Source: Phoronis australis (lineage: Eukaryota; Animalia; Phoronida). From it: a stretch of DNA of 64,000 nucleotides. The notes beneath the pieces were generated by a model. The model was not told the origin of the DNA and did no database searches. It saw only the letters and a list, made by a program, of their open reading frames with translations. The position numbers and the translations under genes were made by a program. Below are positions 12,001 through 23,473 of this stretch, piece by piece (the first letter of the stretch is position 1; each line of letters opens with the position of its first letter). Where the stretch lies: contig NMRA01000329.1 in NCBI GenBank assembly GCA_002633005.1, positions 395,219 through 459,218 on the forward strand, read 5' to 3'.

Positions 12001-15000
12001 AACACGAACGTCATTTTGCCTTATTTCTGGAACATAGATAAACAAATTGTATTTGAGGACATAAATCAATAGTGCCAATGTGGTGTTTACACGAGACAAC
12101 CAGTTTTCAAAAAGTAACGATCACACTGTTACCTAATATTATTGATACATTCTTGTTGTTTTATTTACCTAAATATATTTTATCTTGTAAGAAATGTTTT
12201 TATCCACATTCTATGAATAGGTGGTTTTGAAACACTTGAGTTAAAAGTTTAATAAACAAAACAAAAACAACACACAGGCTGTTAAAACACAACATTCATT
12301 TCATATTGTGGAATGGCAAATATTGAATGATGAATTTACATAACACTCTCAAAATGTATCAAGTTAGAATAATTATGCAGTTCATCTTTTGAGTTAATTT
12401 CTTTGCATATTATGTCAGAGGCAGAACTAAAGAAATAAGAAGAATAGGACTCAAATTCAAACACAAATCCTAGCGAATGAATAACGCAGAAGAGATTTTA
12501 AACAACAGCAAAATGAATCAGAAGAGTAAAAAATAGTGCATGTGGACTGATGCACGTATCAGACGTGCGCATGCAACTCGGCCGAGCTACTTTTCATTTA
12601 TAAATGAATACATGTAGCTATATATACAAATTAAGTCCTAAACCGAGGAGCTAGAGACCCGACCCGAGATCTAGCAGTAGGGTCCAGTAGGATTCGAACT
12701 TACGACCTGCTGAAGAGTAGGCAGACACTAAACCCGTTAGGCAACACTGCCCATTCCAATGACAATATCAAAAGACAGTCTTTGAATTCACACAATCCCT
12801 CTTGCCCATGGGCATAGTTTTACACAAACGGACCCATGATTAAACAAACTCATGGAAGACCAACAATCCAGGAATAATTCTTCGTTTGCAAAGGTATTAG
12901 GCACGAGTTATTCCAGAACAAAATACTACTATAAACGCGGTTTTTGGGAAACAATGACTCCTTTGACAGTTTGACTCAGATAACTCTAAACCAACTTGCC
13001 CTCCGTGCAAACCTTACCCATGCGCCTATATTCGAAATAATGCGTTTTTATTCAAAGAAACTTTTTACACATTTTTACACATGGGCGCATGCGCATGCGC
13101 AAACGACTATCCCTCGCAATCTTGAACTGGATGATATTCATGCAGTTTTTCCACTCATAATACATTTCATTGAATAATAAGTGTTAAATACGAATCAAGT
13201 TCTATTATTTTGCAAGGGATGAGTCAAGTTTCACTCACGTGAAATTTGCTCCTACGTTTTACTCGCGTTTTACACATAAGCGCATTCGCAATGCGCCCAA
13301 ACATAACCGCAACTTAACATACGGGTGCATGTACGGCCTGAATACCCGTATATACAGCGTGAAAATCATGAAAAACTTGCTCCCAGTTTCAAAGCAATTA
13401 AATGGGAATATAAAGAAGGTAAGTAAGGTAACGTTTCTCATAGATTAAGCTACAGTGCGACTGAAGCGTCTAGGAACCGGCGTAGTAATCGACAAAAGCA
13501 ATAAAGAAGGAAATGAGTTGACACAATTCTCAATAGAGCATTACTGCACCAGCACTATGTTCTATACTACACTACAACGACTCACATGAATGGTGAAAAA
13601 TTTGATGTCAAAAATCGTTAAACACTTTCATTCAAATCACAGTTGCAGTTGTTTAATACAAATATTTCTCAATGACATTCTATAACTACACAACACTGCA
13701 AGTTTAGCAAATGAAGAAGCATAAAAACGACTCGAATTTTGCGTTTCTTTTGTAAGGTTGATATTTTCGATGTAATGACAATTTGATTTAATCGATGAAG
13801 TCTATAAACTGTAAAATTTGCGTGCGCTAGTGTTCTGCGTAAGACTGTGGTGTTCCATCGTCACCGAGAAAGTAGCCAGCGTCATCATTGGTTCAGCATT
13901 TGGCTATTAGCAGTTGTGGTATCATTCCATGCAATAACAACTTTGCGGCGAGAACAGGAAAATGTATTTCTGTGACACCCAGAATAGTAACTAAATCATG
14001 GCCACTCGGTACTTTATTCCTCTGTTTCTGTTTGACTGTCATGTCCATGCGGAACACCTCGGGTAATTTAGTAGCCTCGAAATCGTCCGAAGCACCTCGC
14101 GTATTTTCTATATGTTAAATATTCCCACGTATGTGAAGGTTATCTGCTCAAGTGAGATGACTTTCAATTTGGGGAACGATTGTCCGTGTGACTTAAGTTA
14201 GCACATGCGCAGGCCACTTTTACCTCCGAGAATGGCGAATCCCTTTCTTGTATGAAAGTCACATGATTTGCCGATTGAGTTAAGTCCGCATCTTGGCAGA
14301 TAATTATCACCTCTGAATGGGAAATGTCAGGCGACGAAAATACCCGATGTGTTCCGGATACCCCGAAATTTGAGGCTAGGAAGGTATTCCCAGATGCTCC
14401 GAATAGTTCACATTACTTTTATATATGTATTAAGAACGACATAATGTGTTTGGGAATCTAACGAATATAGTGCTGAGTGACACTAGGTGTCGAGGTCAAA
14501 GAAACACATAGCTGCACTACCATGTTTTCTAATGCAAGCAGTTCACAACACATACTGTACAAACAATATTCACCTTCGGAGCTCATGGTCACTTGCTCTT
14601 TACCAGATTTACCTGGAGAACCTAACAGAATAAATGTATTTGTGAAAAACAGAGAAATATCTAGACACAACCTATTCTTTAATGTAAGCTTCTGCTTGAG
14701 GCCTTGGATACAGGGGGCGCAGTCGTCGAGGTAATGGTGATTTGATTTTACCTGGAGATTTAGGACGAAGAGCTGAAAGTAGTGAATTGTACTTTATAAA
14801 GGGTACCCCTATCAAATACTGTAAAAGCATGGTTATATTAAAACGTGAAATTGACAAAATGGGTTTCGCGCTATTGAGGAGTATCGATATAAAAACAAGC
14901 TTCAAAACACACTTTCATAATCGTAGCCAACTCTCGTAGGCAACAAAGTTTTTATGTTCTGTGGCACGTGACATACACAAGTTCCGAGCTCAAACTTTTA

Positions 15001-18000
15001 ACAGAAGTCGACCAAGGTCTATCGTATAATTCTTGTGAACAATAATGAAGCCTGTCACCTTACCTTCGTTGATAACCTCAGCAGTCTCTTGGCGTTCTTC
15101 CTTCACAGAAGCCTGCGACAGAAGACCGTCTTCTATATACATATTATCCATCGTGTTTGAATGAATGCTGCTGGTGGACGGTACAGTCGACAGTGGTGGA
15201 ATAGGTGACGTCATCACAATAACACTCGGTGTGGCGGGAGTGGCGGGAGATTCCTGGTGGGGTGCAAGGGATAGTGAAGTTTGGTACTATCTGCAGTGCA
15301 TACTCCTCGCGTGTGAAACAAACATCACATAACAGAACAATGGGAGAGGACAAATGAAACTGGTCTCAACTTGATCCGTACTTGGATTTAAAGTGAGTTC
15401 TATTTTTGGGAAGAACTAGTCAGCCTTTCTTTATTGCCTGAGATCTTGCTTGGCGCATAAAATGACCAGTCTGGTCCAGTCAAATTGTTAAGCCTGATCT
15501 CAAGCGATGACGACCTGCCAGTCTTCCCAAGCACAATGTAAGGAAGAAGCGGAATCCAATTTTATAGCGGTATAGGGCCTCAATCAAATGTTAGTTTTTT
15601 GGGTTTACAGTACTATTAAATGTTAGAACATAAAATTCAATTTCCACCAACAGTGTTCACGAAGTGCTTCTATTGCATTTACAGATCCTCCGTTCGGTGT
15701 GATTTTGATGGGCTTATCTTCTTTTTCTGCAAAAACGAGACACTGAAACTAAACTTGCTCTAATAAGGAGTAACAGAGGTGCGAGATGAGCTAATTCTGG
15801 ACAGATAACACAAAGAAAGAAGAGGTTGTCTTCGACTATGTGCTCAAAGTCTAAGTAAGGCAAGAACACAGAGATACTGCAGCAATGAACATGACATGGC
15901 ATTCTACACACATCATTATGGCATCTATCTTCATTGTCCGAATAAACTAGAAATAACTCCAAGAGTGTAAGCCTTCATTTACACAGCCATTCGTTTGTGC
16001 GTTTGCGTACTCGCGCGCGCGTGTGTATATTTGCGTGTGTGCGAGCGTGCGAGCATGCGTGAGCGTGTGCGTGTGTGGGTACATATCATGGCAAGCCAAA
16101 AATGTGATGTAATTCCTGCCGGAAAAACGTTTTCCTAGTTTTTTTTTTTGAAATTGCAGTAAAAGCGTCGTAATGCTTAAGATCATGCACAAAATCTAAT
16201 TGCTTTTTTAATTCATGGTCTAGAAAAAATGGGTCTGTAGCCTTTTTATAATTTTCTCAATGCATACGCTTTAAGCAAACAAATTAAGGCAAACACGTAA
16301 CCTCTCGCAAGCGGAAGTTATGTTTCGAGTCTGTACAATTCCAAACCCAAGTAAGTACTTCGCCTGCTCTATAAACTCTACAGAATACAATGAGCACAAA
16401 TATCACGATGCCTGAGTATACCTGAGTTGATGAGATCGTTGAAGAGCTTTGTGATTGGTGAAGGCTCCCCGCTAACGAGGCGGCAACGCGTATTGTGTTC
16501 TTGTTGAATTTGAGCTTGCTCGAACCAGGTAAAGGTTTGTCTGGGTTATGACTTATCCATGACTCGAGGGCTTTTTCTAAGAAGCTCATTAGTTCGGGCC
16601 AGCTAAAATTAAAGTCAACCGATAATTAGCACAATTGAGTGGTGTTGATATCTTCGATAGATGTTTCGGTGGAAACTCTTATAAGATAGCGTAACTTTGG
16701 GTAAAATATATGAATGAGAACTCAAACTGATAGAGTTAATAATTACGCAACGGCAAAACTACAATATTTCTAGTCATTACACAACTCCCATCTATTGCTA
16801 TGTATCCTTGACAAACTTTGTGACGTGATAGACATAGAAGTGATTTCTGCTACATCAGTAATAACTATGTTCAAATTCGAGTGTTGAACGGGAACCGTAA
16901 TTATTCATTCCACCTCACTCACGTTGAAACTTACCTAACCATGCCATTGTTTTCGTCGTCACAGCGTCGTAAGACACTAGACAACAACGCCCCATAGATT
17001 GGTATCTGAGCTTCTGTGCACAAAGTAAGCAACTAAAACCAATTAATAAACTAAGCAATTAAATAAACCACGTCATTGTAATGAAGAAGTGTAATTAGCA
17101 AACAGTTGCATGGAGTTGAGTTTGATTACGATAACATCGTGAACACATGGTCATCCAATAACACTTTGTCATTAAAAGTTATATTCTTATTTTCATATTC
17201 TGGGATATCGCGTTTGTTGGTACTCTTCGGAAACACTATAGTTTTATGTCCAACAGACCATATTTCGTCACGTGCATTTGTAATATTAAACGACTCGTTA
17301 TAAGCAAAATCAGTTTTGCTGTACTGGAGAGCCCAGCTAATGTGTATTTAGATTTCATAGTAAATATATTAATAAATGTCTTGCGGATTAGGATAATATG
17401 AAACGTCATAATATCGGATCATGTCTTACTTCATTTTTCTGTATTTTTCCCATCTTAGCCTCATCACGCTGTTGACAGGTTGTTCGAAGTTCATTGAGAT
17501 CAAAATAATCGTCGCATTTTCCTATTTGCTCCTCCAGGCGTCGCAGCAAGTCAGCGTCTCGTTCTTCAACGCTCATTTGGGAAGAAGTCGTTTTCAGGTC
17601 GTTCCGTGCGTTTCTGGCCCGAACGCTATCCCTACCTGGGTTTGTTGAGAAATATTCGTAAGCTCATTTGGTCAGTTGTGATTGAATCAAAATTGTATTA
17701 ATCACAAATTAAACATATCTTGTGAATACAGAAATTGGAAACTATTGTTTGCTACAGTGCTTCCAGAACAATACCTCTTCCGAACTCTGAACCGTGGTTC
17801 GGAGGGAGCTTTTTAGGTTTTTCAGTGATCTTGCGCCCGGAAAACTGAAGATTTTCCTTTCGGGCAGAAATTAGTTAAGTGGTTCGAAAAATTCATTTTG
17901 ATTCAATGTTCGGAAATTGTAAAGTGAGTGTACTTCATTTACTAAGTCGGGTCGACTAGCTAAGATATCGATCAAGACATAGTTCCGTAGAGCAATTTTC

Positions 18001-21000
18001 TTGCGAAAGAATTGTCTCAAGATCCCGCAAAACCACGCGAGCCAATGAAAAGCCAGTATCTTCTTACCTAAACGGCAGCCACTTAAGTTATTGGTCGGTG
18101 AGGCTGGAATGCTGAATTACTGGATTGAATTAATAATTTAAGGGAAATATTTCTGTTTCCGCTCCACACGCGAAAATAGTAAATGGGGTCTAGTACGGAG
18201 CCCAGCTCTGATAGGTCCGTAAGCCGTATGTAGTCATCGAGAACCACAGATATCTTAGGCCGTTGACCCTACTGCTCACCCTTTACAGTGTCATTGCCTG
18301 TGCACCTCCTGAGCGTCCACAAGCGATGTATTGCTTATGACTTTTCTTGACGCTGCTACTTATAGCGTTTTAGCGCCCTTTTACTGTAACTTGCTTCTTC
18401 TGATTGTGACTTCTGACAGTTTTTGTTCTTTCTTCATTTATGAATAAATAATAAACTTAGTCTATAAATAAGTTTAAAAAACGAAAATTAATATGAAACT
18501 TCTATATTTAATTTTTTTGTATCTATATTGTAATACGTAATTACTGTGGTATCTTGATGAACGAGAGGAGGAACAGAAAAACGGGGAGGGTGATGCTCTC
18601 AACCCTACCCCCTCTGAAAAAACCTTCGGTACTTTGCTTATGAGTGCAGATATGTCGTTTGAAAATATAGTTGCTTTTCTCGTGATAAAGTACATAAGAG
18701 GTGAATTACCCGTCTTGTTATGTGCAGCAACTAGGACGTGATACAACTTTTCAAAGTTAACACCTTTGCTGTCTGTGAAGGTATTCACCATCAGCTGATA
18801 CACACGTGGTGGAAACTTGATGCCATTTTCCTACAAGAAATCGAGCATTGGACTGCGATTGCAAGACCTTTCAGTAAACCTTTTTTGTAATGAATCAGAG
18901 CAGAATTTCAATTTGACGCAAAGGAAGTCGAGAGTAGCACAAATAAGCCCTCATCATTAGTCATCTATTCTGGGAGCAAATTACGGCGGCTGGGAATATG
19001 TTTGAATCTCTTAGTGACTGTTTTTTCCATTTGACAAAAGGTTATTACGTTTTTGTGGCTTGCGGTAAATTTGCGCGATCCATCACCTGGACCTGTGATA
19101 CAACAGCCTCGACAGACCAATAAACTACAACAGTATAGTTCATTGATTGGAACTTGTCTACTTATAATCCATACTCACTCAAGAAAAGAACTCGAATCAA
19201 AGCTTATGGTCGCTAACACTCGTATAAAAACATTCTCATATTATTATCAGTCCGTTACTCCGTACCTGCAGCGCGTTAGTCAGATCTTTGTGCGTTATAC
19301 GCGAGTCAATGCTGCTGGCACCGCATCGTCGGAGCGCCATCTGAAGCGCCCGCAGGCGCTGCCTGCTCACTTCTTCCAAAGTATCCATTAAATAACCCAG
19401 TAAATCCGTTTCAAAATCCGGTTTCTTCTTTTCTTCCTCTTCCACTCGTTCTTCATTCTGATTCAAACCTTGAAGGGAAAATCGTGCGTTGTTACGAGAC
19501 CATAACGTATCGGCAACTAGTTCAGATTGGAGGTTTCCAGAAATCCAAATAAATAAAAAGGAAATGAACACTGATTTGGTTAAAATAAACAAAAATTGGG
19601 AATGAAATAAAATATAGTGCGTGTATTACGTAATCACTACTATGTTGTTGCCATAGACTGTAGGCATAGTTGTAATCTACATGTATAGTGTTGTATGCCT
19701 TCAGACTTGGCTCATGTGATCAATGCTCCTGGGACCTGTTCCACGAAAAGTGACGTCAGAAACTTGGTGTTGAGGTCTCCACAACTATTTCCGAAAACTT
19801 ATCTTAACTCACTGAAATGAGATTCAAAGCCGAGATGGGTTAATATTTACATTGCTAGTAATTGTAACCACTCATGAGCATAAGAAGACTGCATTTTGTT
19901 TATCTGTCAATGTTGAATTCTTAACCAAAGCGATTTGGGGCTTAAAAATATTGCCAGGCTACTATCCGGCAATTCAAGTCCTAGACAATGCCTGCCTACG
20001 CTATTTTCGAATCCGCAACTTGAGTGGTGGCCAACCCAATAAAATTTGAAGCGTTTTCTCGAGTTAATAGTTTTGATGTTATTGTTGGTAACGCAAATAG
20101 AATCCTATCATGGAATATTGTGAGACTAATTCCATGAGAGTAAAAGCTCAGGTTCGAATTTCGTTTTTAGCCAGCAAAACAGGGCGAAATGCAGCTTTAA
20201 GAACACGACTTCTGCACGACTACTTCACGACTTCTGAACGACATCTACACGTTTACTTTCAAACTTATCGATTAAGACATCACAGCTCTATACCTGGAGG
20301 CCCTCCGAGTGATCCCTCCGATAAGGCGTTCGTCCGCTTCCCTCTTGCTGACGACGGTGTACCATCACCAGCACTAAGACTTCCGCTGAGACTCGAGGAA
20401 AAGTTAGCAGCAACTTTTCCTACTTTCTGGACCAATTTAGAGCTAGGAAGACGTCGACTACTTGACGCGCTTGTTGGAGGACCCATTGCGTTTAATTCAA
20501 TCGTTTCAAGTTTCTGAAAATACGTTAACTGATATGATACCAAACTTCAGGATCATCTGCTAATTCATGACATCTTATTAATGCGTAAGAAGTTTTCTAA
20601 TTTCTTAGACATACGTGTTGCAAAAAAAAGATGCAGACAGATGCAGCCGTGTAGATCACAAGTTTGGTTGCAATTAACAATAACATCTTTTTTTGAAAAT
20701 GAAAAGCAAGCAATGGGATAAAGTGGCCGAAACGTCCAAGCAAGTACGTGCCGAAGGCCTACACATAGATATAGCGAGCCTGTCGTGAATTCATTTATAT
20801 TAAGACATGCCATCACCGTAGCTGTTTTGTGAGCCTATAGGTATACACTGACTTTAGTATTTTCCGTAACCAACATGATTTAGTGAACCCTTGGCGTTTG
20901 GCTGAGAGCCAACTGATGAAATGCTCTCATGTACGCCAACGATAGGTTGGGTCAGCAACAGATTGTAGACAACTCGTGTTCTTTAAAAAGCTGAGACATT

Positions 21001-21330
21001 TGATTGTACCTGGGGAAGAAAATCGTCTACCGTTAAATCGGCATTGGAATTGGATATCTGGCTTCCTGTCTCCTCGATTATGTCCACCTCTCCGTCCAAA
21101 AACAGGTACTGGCGAGATTTTTCGTGGAGTTGGTCTTCCTTCTTTTTCAACGCAAATGCTTTGGCATCAACGGAGTCCCTTCTCTGTTCCTCGACTGCTC
21201 GAATCTTCATTTCAAATCTAGCGTCCACCAGTGAGCTTTTGCGGGATTGTTCTAAGACTAAGCTCGTATTAGACGAGCGACGTGCAGACGTCGGAGATTG
21301 CCTTCGGAAAATGAGAACTCCGTCAGACAT
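132..21330 (-). CDS. Multi-exon EML/EMAP-family WD40 protein with an N-terminal EF-hand (C1orf87-like) region; 3' end lies outside the window
   Basis: Phase-compatible GT-AG exons in transcription order: 21330-21010, 20513-20294, 19516-19266, 18830-18710, 17635-17430, 17032-16935, 16602-16422, 15286-15064, 14772-14752, 14621-14574, 11578-11510, 10001-9930, 9064-8902, 8576-8427, 8034-7956, 7731-7627, 4663-4577, 4045-3902, 3662-3522, 2459-2193, 1803-1666, 995-925, 226-132. Total 3271 nt, about 1090 codons with no stop. In-frame TAA upstream of the ATG at 21330. The join between the two halves is inferred from phase compatibility. Confidence 0.7.
5300..5880. repeat. Highly diverged ~130-150 bp tandem repeat in an intron (TE-associated satellite-like sequence)
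   Basis: Recurring blocks such as aaaatcaac..cagc, (c/t)aaattt(c/g)atga and catcaa(a/g)gaacta..atataga. Similar degenerate units occur at about 44180-44520. Confidence 0.5.
5904..6225. mobile_element. TTAA-flanked MITE (Kolobok/piggyBac-like non-autonomous element)
   Basis: Ends read TTAA|AGGGAC ... CTCCCT|TTAA, which gives a short TIR and a TTAA TSD. Confidence 0.4.
10195..10357. mobile_element. MITE of Tc1/mariner (pogo/Tigger-like) type
   Basis: Perfect 26-bp inverted ends including the TA TSD: TACCGTAATCGTTCGGGTTAACGCCC / GGGCGTTAACCCGAACGATTACGGTA. Four internal TTAACCGCCC repeats. Confidence 0.9.
10564..10652. repeat. ~35-bp-arm palindrome resembling a Penelope-like element terminal (hammerhead-associated) motif
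   Basis: Arms tggcacgacgtttcggtcggtcatttccccgacca and tggtcggagaagtgaccaaccgaaacgccgtgcca. Contains GACGTTTCGG and CTGAGA...CCGAAACG. Confidence 0.55.
10958..11114. mobile_element. hAT5-like MITE (5-bp TSD)
   Basis: TIRs CAGGGGCGGATC / AATCCACCACTG and TSD GTGTG on both sides. The interior is homologous to the copy at 54459-54612. Confidence 0.8.
12600..12752 (-). mobile_element. tRNA-derived SINE (tRNA-like head at 12752-12680)
   Basis: Minus strand reads GGGCAGTGTTGCCTAACGGGTTTAG...GGTCGTAAGTTCGAATCCTACTGGACCC, with an A-box-like motif and a B-box (GTTCGAATC). The cloverleaf is imperfect and the sequence continues into a non-tRNA body. Confidence 0.6.
14574..21330 (-). CDS. N-terminal exons: EF-hand-like helical region (C1orf87-like) flanked by S/P-rich linkers
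   Basis: Ten phase-compatible exons. Translation includes RITHKDLTNALQ|ENGIKFPPRVYQLMVNTFTDSKGVNFEKLYHVLVAA, DLNELRTTCQQRDEAKMGKIQKNE|LLTLC and a near-canonical EF-hand loop split by an intron, RCDDENNGMVS|WPELMSFLEKA. The C1orf87 resemblance is from memory, not from a search. Confidence 0.8.
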
Positions 21331-23327
21331 TGTTGCGTTGGATGTAACAAGAACCTCCGACTTTTATGCACTGTGTTCCTATAATTTAGCTTCTAAAACT
21401 ACAATCCTAGAACCAGATCGTGACATCTCTTCCTTGCGTCTTTCAATAGAGCAAATGGATTGTCGACAAGCGATTCTTGGAAAATATCAGCGTTGAGGGT
21501 TCAGTAAAGTCGTATGCTGTCTCTAAATCGTCCTCGATGGGAATGGGGTAGTGCGACTCTCGATCAGTCGTAGCATTGATACAACCTCGCTAATCTCATG
21601 AGTGCCCACAAAATATTACAGTTGAACAAATCGGCGCCAACAGCAAAACTCAGCCCCAAAGCTGCACGCCCAACAAATATGTCTTCTAACACCAACACAC
21701 CAGCATCTACAGTCGCACTGTATATTGCGGAATACACAACGGGTAGAGCAACAAATGGCTCTAACTACGCTTACGTAATAAACTTCTATAGGGAATACAA
21801 TGGCGAATTTACAATAGCAACCACCGAGCGAACACTGCCTAGCTATAAACCGTATATTCAGTAACTCACAAATTCATATTCTCTTTAGACATTACCAGTT
21901 TCGCGACTCGTGAACATGTGAACGAGGGGCGAACACAAACCTAACGCGTATTTTATAGGCAGACGCAAATGTGCTATGTTACGACCTAAATCTACCAGAG
22001 TTATGTTGAAAGAAGATTTTTCTTAGGTTTAGACACGGCGATGTTCGACTGGCGTGGGTTCTTTGGCCTCGATCTTCATCAGTGATGGCTGATTGAAAGT
22101 CAGGAAATCTTGTCTTGTCCACATGGGCAAATTATGGAGGCGCTCAGTGGCGGAGACAGTTGAGCCCAGAGTGGGCACAACTTTTGTATATTCCCATAAA
22201 GTTGACCCAACAGGCATCGATCTTAATTTCCATGTAAAAGAGTAAATGGGGCCCTTGTAGAAAACTGATTCCCTTTGGCCAATTTTGTGGAGTACAGACT
22301 TCGGAATATAGTGACGAGGCATTAATTAGGTGTCCACTCTGACCTACCGCATATACGTCTCTACCAACATCCCCGGTGTAATCCTGATTTTATAATTCTG
22401 AAGTTAACATTGATTCTTTTAAAAATTTGAGTTACAAAACTGGTGAAATCAAACCCGAAAAGGAGTGAACAAAGTCTTTCCAAAAACGTTAACAGACAAA
22501 AAAAATTACCTGCGATCATCATTTAAATATGAAGAACTAAAAACGGCTTTGTGCTAACGGCGACGTTATTAGTCTTGAGGTATCGCAGGTAGCGTGAGGA
22601 GATATGCTCTGAATTTGGATTAGGTACTAAGATTGCATAACTTAATACACATGGACATGTATGTGCACTGATAAAGGTGTTTATCTCATTACGTAATTGA
22701 GTTATCTTAAACAGTATCTGTTTCTTCAAACGCTTTATTGATATTCACCGAATGTGTTCTTTTTAGACAGCACAAATCTTAATTATTCGCTTCCTCCGTC
22801 TACACAGGTTTCGCCCCTCTTGGTCGCTTCTCATGATACCTTCCATCCAGTATAAATATTCTTCCCCCACCCACTTTCTCTCGATAACTAACAAATGTCC
22901 TTTCAAATCCCCTCAGTAGTCTACATCGAATCTTTGCCCCGTTGTTTTGTCGCTTTTAAAACGGTGAGCCCAAAGAAAATGATTTTCGGTATCGGGCTAT
23001 ATCACAATGTCGTTGTCTTGGCGTATATTAAAAGCCAAGTTCGTGTGTCATGCAAAACCACTAAAACGAGGTACGTGAAAACAATAAAGCAAAAATTGTT
23101 GTTGTCAATATTTTACAGTCAAAACGGGATTACCTGCACTCGATTTTTAGCAAAAACGACTTAGGCCTACTTAACTTGCTCTACTAATAAAACGTTGGCG
23201 TTTTCTCCAGAGTAAGCCTATTGAACAGGTATCCAAGTGATGTAGGTTTTGCAAAGAAAATATTAGGGACAGGGTGCAATGCAAATAACCTCGTTGTTCG
23301 AGATGGTTGCTTGAATGGTTGAGGACG

Positions 23328-23473
23328 CATGGGCGGCGCAGCACTGAAAAAAGTGCGGGGCTATAGCCCCCAGCCCCCCCCCCCCTGTTGTGCATCGCTC
23401 ATAGACCATGGGACGCGCAGCATTGAAAATAGTGGGGCGATAGCCCCCAGCCCCCTATGGTGAACCGCCCATG
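23328..23473. mobile_element. Small GC-rich MITE made of two tandem units, with CATG ends and a 5-bp TSD-like flank
   Basis: TIR CATGGGCGG / CCGCCCATG. Flanks GGACG / GCACG. Internal duplication of catggg..gcgcagca.tgaaaa.agtg..g.atagcccccagccccc. Confidence 0.6.

Noticed and set aside
12680-12752. Functional tRNA gene
   Set aside because: The acceptor and anticodon stems pair poorly and there is no poly-T terminator. A SINE head explains it better.
13085-13101. NRF1 palindrome TGCGCATGCGCA as an internal EML promoter
   Set aside because: It lies within TE-like sequence with no supporting exon or donor immediately downstream. It cannot be supported without TSS data.
15714-15962. Minus-strand 82-aa ORF as an extra exon of the EF-hand gene
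   Set aside because: Its best acceptor is phase-incompatible with the upstream phase-0 donor (immediate TAG). The flanking exons join cleanly without it.
20110-21496. Plus-strand ORFs 20110-20517 and 21044-21496
   Set aside because: Antisense shadows of minus-strand coding exons 1 and 2.
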